From Kiritimatiellia bacterium (GTDB lineage Bacteria > Verrucomicrobiota > Kiritimatiellia > UBA8416 > JABMPJ01): DNA of 57,232 nucleotides. Positions 37,444-46,208 of the stretch are shown one piece after another. The notes beneath the pieces were generated by a model. It was not told the origin of the DNA and did no database searches. It saw only the letters and a program-made list of their open reading frames with translations. Each line of letters opens with the position of its first letter. Position 1 is the first letter of the stretch. Location: assembly GCA_029939545.1 (NCBI GenBank), contig JAOZSS010000003.1:1-57232 (forward strand), given 5' to 3'. Both the position numbers and the translations under genes were made by a program.

Positions 37444-39474
37444 TTATTCCTCGCTTTTTGCTTTCTCGGCCTCGGCAACGACCTTCTGGGCCACATTGGC
37501 CGGGACGACCTCGTAGCGGTTGTGTTCCATTTCGAACGAGCCCTGGCCGGCGGTCATGCTGCGAAGTTCGGCGGCGTAACGGAACAGCTCGGCTCGGGGA
37601 ACTTCGGCGGTCAGCACCTGCATGCCGTCATCGGCCTCCATGCCCATGATGCGTCCACGCTTGTGGTTCAGGTCGCCGTTGATGTCGCCCAAGGCGTGAT
37701 CCGGAATGGTGACCTTCACGGTCATGATCGGCTCAAGTAGTACGGGCTTGGCATTGGCCATGGCTTCACGCAGGGCGCGCGAACCGGCAATCTTGAACGC
37801 GACTTCCGAGGAGTCGACATCGTGATACGAGCCGTCGTAGAGCGTGACTTTGACCTTGGTGACCGGGTAACCTGCCACGGCACCGGCGGTCATGCCGTCG
37901 ATTATCCCCTTCTGCACGGCCGGGATGAAGTTGTGCGGAATAGCCCCACCCACGATTGCGTTGACGAAATCCTCCTCGTCCCCTTCGGGGAGCGGCTCGA
38001 CGCGCAGGTAGGCCTCGCCGTATTGGCCGCGTCCGCCGGACTGCTTCTTGTGCTTGTAGTGACCTTCGCCCAAGCCGGTGACCGTTTCCATGTAGGCCAC
38101 CTTGGGTGTGCTGAGCGTGACCGAGACGTTGCTGCGGCTCTTCATCATGCCTACGGCGACGTCGATGTGCACATCACCCAGACCCTGTAGTACGATTTCG
38201 TGGGTCTGTGCGTTGCGGTCGACATGCAGCGTGGGGTCTTCTTCGCAGACGCGCGTGAGGGCCAGCCCGATCTTGTCCTCGTCGGCTTGGGTCTGGGCCT
38301 CGACGGCTTGGAACATGACCGGCTTCGGGAAGCGAATCGGCGGCATGATGGTGGTAGCGCCCATGGCACAGAGTGTGTCGCCCACGTGTGTGTTCTTGAG
38401 TTTCGGAATGGCCACGATATCGCCAGGGGTAGCCTGTGTGACGGTTTCCTGCTTCTTGGCGTTGATACGCAGGAGGGTGCCGACGCGTTCCTTGTGGTCG
38501 CGGGTGGTGTTCTGTAGCTCGCAGTCGCCCTTTAGTGTGCCTCCCAGGACGCGCACAAAGTTGAGCTGGCCGACAAACGGATCGTTGACCGAACGCCAGA
38601 CGAAGCCGATGAACGGCGCATCCGCCGCAGTGCTGATGGCGGTGCCGTCTTGGTCCAGAATCTCGCGGTCGAGCGGCGAACGGAAGAGGCGGCAGATGCC
38701 ATCCAGCAGCTCGGTGACGCCAACGTCCTTGAGCGGCATGGTCACGAAGATGGGGCAGAGCCCGCCCGAGTCGACCGCGGCGTGCAGCCCTGCGGCGATT
38801 TCGTCAGGGGAGAGATCTTCACCACCGAGGAACTTCTCGATCAGCGTATCATCGGTCTCAGCGGCCAGTTCGACCAGTGCGCCCTTGGCTTCTTCAACTT
38901 CGGCGGCCATGTCATCGGCAACATCTTTTGAGGCGAGAATGTCGATCACTGCGGAGCGGTCGGTTGTGGGCAGAACCACCGGTACGCATCCGCTGCCGAA
39001 TGCGGACTGGATTTCCTTAATCACCTTGTCGTAGTCGGCGTTGTCACGGTCCAAGCCGGTAACAACGAACCCGCGGGCCAGTCCGGCGCGCTTGGCGTGC
39101 TTCCAGACCTGACGGGTGCCCACTTGAACACCGGAGACGGCGTCGACCGCGATCAGGGCTGTGCCCGTGGCGCGGCAGGCCGAGATGACCTGACCGAAGA
39201 AATCCATGTACCCCGGTGTGTCCACGAAGGTGAGGGCACGCTGCTTGCCGTTGGACGCTTTGTACGGCGCTTCGAACGGCTTGGCGAAGATCGTGATCTT
39301 GCGCCCTTTCTCCTCTTCGGTGAAGTCGGCCATGCTGGAACCTGCATCGACCAGACCCAGACGGTCATTCAGTCCCAGCTTGAACAATAGTGCATCCACA
39401 AGCGTTGTCTTGCCGCTTCCTGTGTGTCCCATAACAGAAAAAGCTCTGGTGTCCGCCACCGGAATGTTATCCAT
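37444..39474 (-). CDS. elongation factor G paralog
   Basis: The listed 885-aa ORF is over-extended. The true start is MDNIPVADTRAFSVMGHTGSGKTTLVDALL (G1 motif), then DTPGYMDF (G3) and EF-G domains II-V. 676 aa. Confidence 0.9.
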   Translation of the reverse strand: MDNIPVADTRAFSVMGHTGSGKTTLVDALLFKLGLNDRLGLVDAGSSMADFTEEEKGRKITIFAKPFEAPYKASNGKQRALTFVDTPGYMDFFGQVISACRATGTALIAVDAVSGVQVGTRQVWKHAKRAGLARGFVVTGLDRDNADYDKVIKEIQSAFGSGCVPVVLPTTDRSAVIDILASKDVADDMAAEVEEAKGALVELAAETDDTLIEKFLGGEDLSPDEIAAGLHAAVDSGGLCPIFVTMPLKDVGVTELLDGICRLFRSPLDREILDQDGTAISTAADAPFIGFVWRSVNDPFVGQLNFVRVLGGTLKGDCELQNTTRDHKERVGTLLRINAKKQETVTQATPGDIVAIPKLKNTHVGDTLCAMGATTIMPPIRFPKPVMFQAVEAQTQADEDKIGLALTRVCEEDPTLHVDRNAQTHEIVLQGLGDVHIDVAVGMMKSRSNVSVTLSTPKVAYMETVTGLGEGHYKHKKQSGGRGQYGEAYLRVEPLPEGDEEDFVNAIVGGAIPHNFIPAVQKGIIDGMTAGAVAGYPVTKVKVTLYDGSYHDVDSSEVAFKIAGSRALREAMANAKPVLLEPIMTVKVTIPDHALGDINGDLNHKRGRIMGMEADDGMQVLTAEVPRAELFRYAAELRSMTAGQGSFEMEHNRYEVVPANVAQKVVAEAEKAKSEE

Positions 39475-39678
39475 GATCCCGCCCCTGTTTCTAAGTGTTA
39501 AACGACGAAAAGCGCGGATTATGGCACGCGGAAACAAGTTTTGCAATAACCGACCTTGGTTCTGCGTTGTACATAGTATAGGGCATCCTTCGGATGCCGA
39601 AGCGGGTTGCGGGATACGGGATGCAAGGCTTTGTATTGTATGGGGGCTCAGCGGGTGTTTCGGTAGGATGGGCGAGTT

Positions 39679-41211
39679 ATGGAATTGAAGAGTCGACTCA
39701 TCTTTGGTCTCTGCGTTCTGGCCGCGATCCAGACGCTGTGTGCCAACGAGATTGATCGACTGGTGCTCCAGAAACTGAACGCGGATGGGCTTACCTGTGC
39801 GAAGCGCTGCAGTGATGCTGTCTTCGTCCGCCGCATCTACCTCGACATGATCGGAACGCTGCCGCGGATGTGGGAGGTCCGCACCTTCCTGGACAGCGAG
39901 AATCCCCGCAAGCGGGCCCAGTTGATCGAAAAGCTCTTCAAGCGCGATGAGTTTGCCGACTACTGGGCCATGAAGTGGTGTGACATCCTCAGAGTTAAGG
40001 CCGAGTTTCCCAGCAAGCTCTGGCCCAACGCGGTGCAGGCCTACCAGCGCTGGCTGACCGACGCGATCCGTGACAATAGGCCCTATGACCAGTTCGCTCA
40101 TGCGCTGCTGACCTCAACGGGCAGCAACTTCAGAGATCCCCCCGTCAATTTCTACCGCGCCATGCCCGAGCGTACGCCGGCCGCCACCGCCTCGACCGTG
40201 GCCCTGACCTTTATGGGACAGCGCACGGACGGGTGGCCGCAGGAGCGCCGGGACGGGATGACCGCCTTCTTTACGCGGGTAGGGTTCAAAGGCACCGCCG
40301 AGTGGAAGGAAGAGGTCGTCTTTTTCGATCTGCCCCGCGCCCTCGAAGAAGGCGCGCCCGAGGGGGCGGTGTTCCCGGATGGTACGGCGGTGGAGCTGGC
40401 CGCGGACCAGGATCCGCGCGCCGTGTTTGCCGACTGGCTGACCGCACCCGACAACCCTTATTTCGCGCGGAACATGGTCAATCGCATCTGGGCCTGGCTG
40501 ATCGGGCGCGGCCTTATCCATGAACCCGATGACATCCGCCCAGACAACCCGCCCTTGCACCCCGAACTCCTCGCCTGGCTCGAAAAAGAGCTCGTGACGC
40601 ATGACTACGACCTGCGCCAGATCTACCGGGTGATCCTCAATTCCGAGACCTACCAGCGCTCGTGCGTGCCGACCGAGGGCGCGGCCGATGACCCGTCCGG
40701 CTTCTCGCACTACCTCGTGCGTCGACTCGAGGCCGAGGTGCTCATCGATGCCATCAACCAGATCACCGGCGGGACGGAAGCGTATACGAGCGAGATCCCG
40801 GAGCCGTTCACCTTCATTCCGCGGCAGCACCGCGCCATTACACTCGGGGATGGCAGCATCACGAGTCCGTTTCTGGACATGTTCGGCCGTCCGCCACGCG
40901 ATACGGGGATGGAGTCGGAGCGGAACAACGAGCCGACCGACACGCAGCGGCTACACCTGCTCAATTCGACCCATATTCAGACGAAGATTCAGCGCGGCTG
41001 GGCATTGAAGGCGCTGGTCAAGAAGGCTAAGTGGCGGCCGGTTCCGGTGATCAACCAGCTCTATGTCACCATCCTGTCGCGCCATCCCGAGGATGATGAA
41101 CGACGGATCGCCCTGGCCTACAGGGAGTCGGGCGACGTGAAGCCGCATGAAGCGTATTGGGACCTGGCATGGGCACTGATAAATAGTAAGGAATTCCTGT
41201 ACAGACATTAG
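39679..41211 (+). CDS. DUF1549/DUF1553 (PSD1-like) domain protein
   Basis: Signal peptide. DUF1549-like FVRRIYLDMIGTLP and DYWAMKWCDILRV. C-terminal DUF1553-like ALINSKEFLYRH. Confidence 0.8.
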   Translation: MELKSRLIFGLCVLAAIQTLCANEIDRLVLQKLNADGLTCAKRCSDAVFVRRIYLDMIGTLPRMWEVRTFLDSENPRKRAQLIEKLFKRDEFADYWAMKWCDILRVKAEFPSKLWPNAVQAYQRWLTDAIRDNRPYDQFAHALLTSTGSNFRDPPVNFYRAMPERTPAATASTVALTFMGQRTDGWPQERRDGMTAFFTRVGFKGTAEWKEEVVFFDLPRALEEGAPEGAVFPDGTAVELAADQDPRAVFADWLTAPDNPYFARNMVNRIWAWLIGRGLIHEPDDIRPDNPPLHPELLAWLEKELVTHDYDLRQIYRVILNSETYQRSCVPTEGAADDPSGFSHYLVRRLEAEVLIDAINQITGGTEAYTSEIPEPFTFIPRQHRAITLGDGSITSPFLDMFGRPPRDTGMESERNNEPTDTQRLHLLNSTHIQTKIQRGWALKALVKKAKWRPVPVINQLYVTILSRHPEDDERRIALAYRESGDVKPHEAYWDLAWALINSKEFLYRH

Positions 41212-41360
41212 TTGGATTTGACCACCACCGGGCTTGCCCCGGTGGAGTCATGATTGAGAGCTGAAAGTAGGATAAAGCAAAAGGAATAGCGCCCGGATAG
41301 AGTGAGAAAAGGCTTCGTGCAAGACTCGCTCCCTTCCGGGCTCCAAGAGGGCAGATCCAG

Positions 41361-42686
41361 ATGACTCTAACTCGGCGTGAAATGCTTAAGACATCACTCG
41401 CAGGCGCGGCGGGCTTGGCGCTGTGTGATCCATTGCTGACGCGCGCGGCTGTTGCGGCACCGCAGGCGCGGGCCCAATCGGTCATCCAGATATGGATGTG
41501 GGGCGGCCCGGCCCATCTCGACACGTTCGACCCCAAGCCGGGAGCCGGCTATGACTATGTCGGTCCATACGACACCCCCATCGCGACGAACGTGGACGGC
41601 ATCCAGATTGGCCAGATGCTCCCCAAACTGGCACAGCAGGCCGACAAGTATTCCATCCTGCGCGGCATGACGCACGGGGTGAACGGCCACGAGACCGCGT
41701 CCTATCTCGTGCAGACCGGGCACAAGTCGGGCGATGGCATGGTCTATCCCTCCGTCGGCGGCGTGGTCTCCTACTTCAAAGGCTATCGCGCGGACTACGC
41801 AGGACTGATTCCTCCCTATATCGTTCTGACCAAGCCGCAGGGCCGCTTCTCGGAGGCCGGGTTCCTCGGTACGCGCTACAAGCCGTTCTCCACGGGGGGC
41901 AACCCGTCCAAAGATCCCTTCCTGGTTGAAGGCGTGGTGGCGAACGGCATCTCGCGCAAGCGCCAGGAGAACCGGCGCGCCCTGTTGAATGAGCTGGATA
42001 CGCTGGGCCGCAAGATCAAGGGCAATGCCGCTTTTGCGGCATCGGATCGCTGCGAGCAGCAGGCCTATGACCTGATCCTGGGTGACGCGGGGAAAGTGTT
42101 CGACCTCACCGAGGAGCCCGATGCTATCCGCGCCCGCTACGGCCGACAGGAGTTCGGGCAGTCCTGCCTGCTGGCACGGCGCCTGGTGGAGCAGGGCGTG
42201 CCCTATGTCACGATCAACTATCGCGGCTGGGACACGCACAAGCAGCATTTTCAGAGCATGCAGCGACAGCTTCCGCAGCTCGACAGCGGCCTCTCAACAC
42301 TATTTGCGGATCTCTCCGAGCGCGGGCTGCTCGATTCCACGATCGTCTGGTGGGGCGGCGAGTTCGGGCGCACCCCGAAAATCCAGTGGGACCCGCCCTG
42401 GAATGGCGGTCGCGGCCATTATGGCAAGGCCTTCTCGTCGGTCCTGGGCGGCGGCGGCTTCAATGGCGGCCAAGTACTGGGTGCCACGGATGAAAAGGGC
42501 GAGAACGTGGTGGAGCGCAAGATCTATCCGCGCGACCTGATCGGAAGCATGTACGAGCTGCTGGGTATCAATCCCGAGGCCACGCTGCCGCACCCGCAGG
42601 GGATTACTGTGAAAGCCATGCCGGAGGCAACCGATGGACAGGATGCCGGGCGACTCTACGAGATTATGAAAGGGGCGCGCACATGA
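41361..42686 (+). CDS. DUF1501 domain protein (sulfatase-fold), Tat signal
   Basis: TRREMLKTSLAGAAGLAL twin-arginine-like leader. GGPAHLDTFDPKP, WGGEFGRTP, GRGHY motifs. Confidence 0.85.
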   Translation: MTLTRREMLKTSLAGAAGLALCDPLLTRAAVAAPQARAQSVIQIWMWGGPAHLDTFDPKPGAGYDYVGPYDTPIATNVDGIQIGQMLPKLAQQADKYSILRGMTHGVNGHETASYLVQTGHKSGDGMVYPSVGGVVSYFKGYRADYAGLIPPYIVLTKPQGRFSEAGFLGTRYKPFSTGGNPSKDPFLVEGVVANGISRKRQENRRALLNELDTLGRKIKGNAAFAASDRCEQQAYDLILGDAGKVFDLTEEPDAIRARYGRQEFGQSCLLARRLVEQGVPYVTINYRGWDTHKQHFQSMQRQLPQLDSGLSTLFADLSERGLLDSTIVWWGGEFGRTPKIQWDPPWNGGRGHYGKAFSSVLGGGGFNGGQVLGATDEKGENVVERKIYPRDLIGSMYELLGINPEATLPHPQGITVKAMPEATDGQDAGRLYEIMKGART

Positions 42687-44776
42687 CGACCCGCGTTTCA
42701 GGATGGCTGCGGATGGCCGGTGTTCTGCTGGCACTCGGCGGCGCGCTACAGGCCGTCGAGCCGCACATCGGCTATGTCTATCCCGCCGGTGTCCGGCAAG
42801 GCACGACAGTGGATGTCATCGTCGGCGGCCAGTTCCTGAAAGACACGGCGGAGGCGCTCTTCACCGGTTGCGGCGTGCGCGGTCGGGTGATCGGGTATCA
42901 TAAGGAGCTGACCCCTAAGGAAATCAACCGCCTGCGCAACCGCAAAGAAAGGCTCGAGATGTCCCTGGAGGACAAGCCCGAGGAAGAGCAGACGAAGATG
43001 GAAGCGCAGCTCGCTGACATCATCGAGGAGTTCAAGGCGCAGGGGTGTAACGAAAAGGGCCGGTATCTCAAGGGACGCCGCCCGGACCCCAAAAAACAGC
43101 CCAATGCCCAGATTCGCGAGCAGGTCACGCTGCGCTGTACGGTCAATCAAGACGCCGAGCCGGGTGCTTACGAGCTGCGGCTCAAGACACCTCAAGGGCT
43201 TTCGAATGTCATCATCTTCCACGTGGGCGAGGTGCCCGAGGTGCGCGAGGCCGAACCCAATGATCGCGAGCCCGAAGAGGAGCAGCACCTCACGATGCCG
43301 ATGGTGGTCAACGGCCAGGTGATGCCGGGCGATATCGACCGCTTCCGGATTCATGCCACGGCTGGCCAACGCCTCGTCTGCAAGGTCGCCGCGCGTAGCC
43401 TGGTGCCCTATCTCGCGGACGCCGTTCCCGGCTGGTTCCAGGCCGCGCTGACGCTCTATGACGGCGATGGCAAAGAACTGGTGTTCGTGGACGATGACCA
43501 CTTTGATCCGGATCCGCTGTTGGTCTACGATGTGCCAACCGATGGCGACTACGTGCTCGAGATTCGGGATGCAATCTACCGCGGACGCGAGGATTTTACC
43601 TACCGGCTAACAATTGCCGATGCGCGCAGTATGGATGTGCCGATCCTGGTGGCGGCACAGGGCCCTGCCCGCCAGAAGGGGGACATCGCCGAAGTCGAGC
43701 CGAACAATTCGCACAAGACGGCCCAGGCGATCACGCTCCCGACCGTACTGTATGGGCATATTAACAAACCCGGCGACGCGGATATCTATGCCTTCGAAGG
43801 GCAGGCCGGTCAGGCGATCGTCATTGAGACCCGCGCCCGTCGCGACGGGTCCCCGCTCGACTCTGTGCTACAGCTCAAAAGCCCCGAGGGCAAGGTGCTG
43901 GCTGTGAGCGATGATCACATTGATCGGCGGGAAGGGCTGATGACACACCACGCCGACTCGTACATCGTCGCGAAGCTACCTGCGGACGGGCGCTACGTTG
44001 TGCATGTGGGCGACATCCAGGGCAAGGGCAGCGATGAGCATGCCTATCGGCTTAGAGTCACACCGTTCCGTCCCGCATTTGACCTACGAGTAACACCTGC
44101 CACATTGAGTGCCACGCCCGGGGGCACTGTTCCGATCACCGTGCATACATTCCGGCGCGATGGCTTCGACGGACCGATCGAACTTGCGCTGACGCACAAT
44201 CGCCTCAACTGTAGGCTGAGTGGCACGGTCATCCCGCCCGGCACGGAGAAGATCCATGCCACCATCACGGTGCCCTGGAAAACAGAGGAGGGCGTCGTCG
44301 AACTTGCACTGGAGGGACGCGCCAAGGTTAACGGCACCTTCGTGACCAAGGAGGCCGTGCCGGCCGAGGACCGCATGCAGGCGTTTCTGTGGCGGCACCT
44401 CGTTCCGGTCGAGCAATGGGTCCTTTCGGTCGTGGGCGGCCCGCGCATCATGGTGAAAGCAGAGATCCCGAAAAGCGGGGCAGTGGAGTTGGTGCCTGGG
44501 CAGGAGACGACCCTCGTGCTGCATGCACCGCGGCGAAGACCGATCAAGAGGCTGCCGCGCCTCGAACTGTATGAACCTCCTGAGGGATTGGAGGTGGCGC
44601 AAACCGTCCACCGGAACAGGAAGACCGAAGTTGTACTGACACTAAAAGCGGATCCCGAGAAACTGAAGCCGGGTACAAAAGGAAATCTGATCCTCAACAT
44701 CCTCGCCCCAAACAAGAGAGTGCGGAAAGTACTGGGTACCGTACCCGCCATACCGTTTAAGGTAGTCGATCTGTGA
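42683..44776 (+). CDS. secreted protein with two pre-peptidase C-terminal (PPC)-like domains
   Basis: Signal peptide. Two EPN(D/N)...GDxDxF/Y modules (EAEPNDRE...PGDIDRFRIHATAGQ; EVEPNNSH...PGDADIYAFEGQAGQ). Confidence 0.65.
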   Translation: MTTRVSGWLRMAGVLLALGGALQAVEPHIGYVYPAGVRQGTTVDVIVGGQFLKDTAEALFTGCGVRGRVIGYHKELTPKEINRLRNRKERLEMSLEDKPEEEQTKMEAQLADIIEEFKAQGCNEKGRYLKGRRPDPKKQPNAQIREQVTLRCTVNQDAEPGAYELRLKTPQGLSNVIIFHVGEVPEVREAEPNDREPEEEQHLTMPMVVNGQVMPGDIDRFRIHATAGQRLVCKVAARSLVPYLADAVPGWFQAALTLYDGDGKELVFVDDDHFDPDPLLVYDVPTDGDYVLEIRDAIYRGREDFTYRLTIADARSMDVPILVAAQGPARQKGDIAEVEPNNSHKTAQAITLPTVLYGHINKPGDADIYAFEGQAGQAIVIETRARRDGSPLDSVLQLKSPEGKVLAVSDDHIDRREGLMTHHADSYIVAKLPADGRYVVHVGDIQGKGSDEHAYRLRVTPFRPAFDLRVTPATLSATPGGTVPITVHTFRRDGFDGPIELALTHNRLNCRLSGTVIPPGTEKIHATITVPWKTEEGVVELALEGRAKVNGTFVTKEAVPAEDRMQAFLWRHLVPVEQWVLSVVGGPRIMVKAEIPKSGAVELVPGQETTLVLHAPRRRPIKRLPRLELYEPPEGLEVAQTVHRNRKTEVVLTLKADPEKLKPGTKGNLILNILAPNKRVRKVLGTVPAIPFKVVDL

Positions 44777-45846
44777 AACAACCCAAGATCAACCCCGACC
44801 TGGCCACGCTACAGCTCTCCTCGCACGTCGAGCACCATGTTTGCCTCCTTGCAGACGACGATGGGCAACTCCCGATCATCAATGGCCGTCTTCCCGCCGG
44901 GCATCACAAAGTGCACCAGTTTATCTTCGGCGGCTGTCATCACTATGAAACGTCGGAGCTGACCCAGGCTGGAAACGTTCCCACCACCTGGCTGCAGGGC
45001 GATGCCTGTCGTCGGGGCGAGATGCTCTCGATGCAGCTCCTCGCGATCAGCGGCGTCGACACATCGCCGGTCTATCTGGACGGCAAGCCGATCGGGGCCG
45101 TGTATGGCAACGAAGATGCGCGCTACTGCTACCTCGGCGGCATTATCCCCGCGGATCTCAAGGCGTCCCGCGAGGAGCAGGCGCGCTCCGTATTTGAGCG
45201 GATGCGCGAGGCGCTGGAGTCGTGCGGCATGAAGGCGACCGACATCGTGCGTACGTGGCTCTATCTCGACCGCTTGCTGGAGTGGTATGGCCCGTTCAAC
45301 ACCGTCCGCAGTACCTGGTTTCGTGAGCAGGGCATTTTCGATCACCTCGTCCCGGCCAGTACCGGCATCGGTGCAGCCAACCCGTTCGGCGCGGCACTCA
45401 CAGCCGGGCTAGTTGCCGTACAGCCCTTGTCGGATGCGGTCAGGATCGACCCTGTGGCCTCGCCGCTACAATGCCCGGCGCTCGACTATGCCAGCTCGTT
45501 CAGTCGGGCGGTCGAGATCGCGGTACACGATCACCGCACGCTCTACATCTCGGGAACCGCCAGCATCGATCCCGATGGCAACAGCGTTCATCTCGGCGAT
45601 GCCGGGCAACAGGTTAAGCTCACCATGGAGGTCGTCGCCGCGATCCTCGAATCACGCGGCATGAGCTGGAACGATGCCGTCCGCGGCATCGCCTACTTCA
45701 AGAACATCCTCCAGAACAAGCCGATCTACGACGCCTACTGCCGCGCCAACCACATTCCCGCCTTCCCCCTCGCCATCTCCCACGCCGACGTCTGCCGCGA
45801 TGACCTACTCTTCGAGATTGAGGTGGATGCGGTGGTTGTGGGATAG
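44773..45846 (+). CDS. RidA/YjgF-fold protein, resembling FkbO/Hyg5-type chorismatases
   Basis: 357 aa. IVRTWLYLDRL...YGPFN and LYISGTASIDPDGNSVHLGDAGQQVKLTMEVV resemble the chorismatase/RidA signature. Assignment by resemblance only. Confidence 0.45.
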   Translation: MKQPKINPDLATLQLSSHVEHHVCLLADDDGQLPIINGRLPAGHHKVHQFIFGGCHHYETSELTQAGNVPTTWLQGDACRRGEMLSMQLLAISGVDTSPVYLDGKPIGAVYGNEDARYCYLGGIIPADLKASREEQARSVFERMREALESCGMKATDIVRTWLYLDRLLEWYGPFNTVRSTWFREQGIFDHLVPASTGIGAANPFGAALTAGLVAVQPLSDAVRIDPVASPLQCPALDYASSFSRAVEIAVHDHRTLYISGTASIDPDGNSVHLGDAGQQVKLTMEVVAAILESRGMSWNDAVRGIAYFKNILQNKPIYDAYCRANHIPAFPLAISHADVCRDDLLFEIEVDAVVVG

Positions 45847-45851
45847 GGTGG

Positions 45852-46208
45852 TTATCTGCTCCCTGTCCATCTCTCCCAGTCCGGCACATAGATGGACATC
45901 AGACTCTTGAAGAGTTTGCCGTGGTTTTGGATACGCAGATGAAGCAGCTCGTGGACAATCGCGTAGCGCTGAAACGAACTGGTCTGCACGAGGAGATTCT
46001 CGCTGAAAGTCACCCACTTGCCGGGCGAACATGAAGCCCATTTGTTCCTCATCCTCTGCACGCGTATCTGGGCCGGCTCCACCTTCAGTGTCTTGGCCCA
46101 CTCGCGAACGCGGGCTTTGAAAGCAGCTTTCTCTTCTCTTGTCGGACCTGTCGGACAGGTCCGACTTGTCTGACGATTTTCCGCAGTGGTCCTCCTTGCC
46201 CGACTCAT
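45852..46208 (-). CDS. short DUF45/YgjP-like (M48-type HExxH) metallopeptidase, R-M associated
   Basis: RWASCS...AIVHELLHLRIQNHGKLF. ATGA overlap with the hsdR stop. The N-terminus contains repeat element a, read in a non-SD frame (RQTSRTCPTGPT). Confidence 0.65.
   Translation of the reverse strand: MSRARRTTAENRQTSRTCPTGPTREEKAAFKARVREWAKTLKVEPAQIRVQRMRNKWASCSPGKWVTFSENLLVQTSSFQRYAIVHELLHLRIQNHGKLFKSLMSIYVPDWERWTGSR
46141..46174. repeat. palindromic 9-mer tandem element, copy a
   Basis: GTCGGACCT GTCGGACAG GTCCGACTT GTCTGAC, inside the DUF45 gene N-terminus. Confidence 0.9.

Noticed and set aside
39475-40101. N-terminal 208-aa extension of the EF-G ORF (the listed 885-aa ORF)
   Set aside because: The extension overlaps the DUF1549 gene on the other strand and has no EF-G similarity. 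The canonical G1 motif follows the internal Met at 39474.
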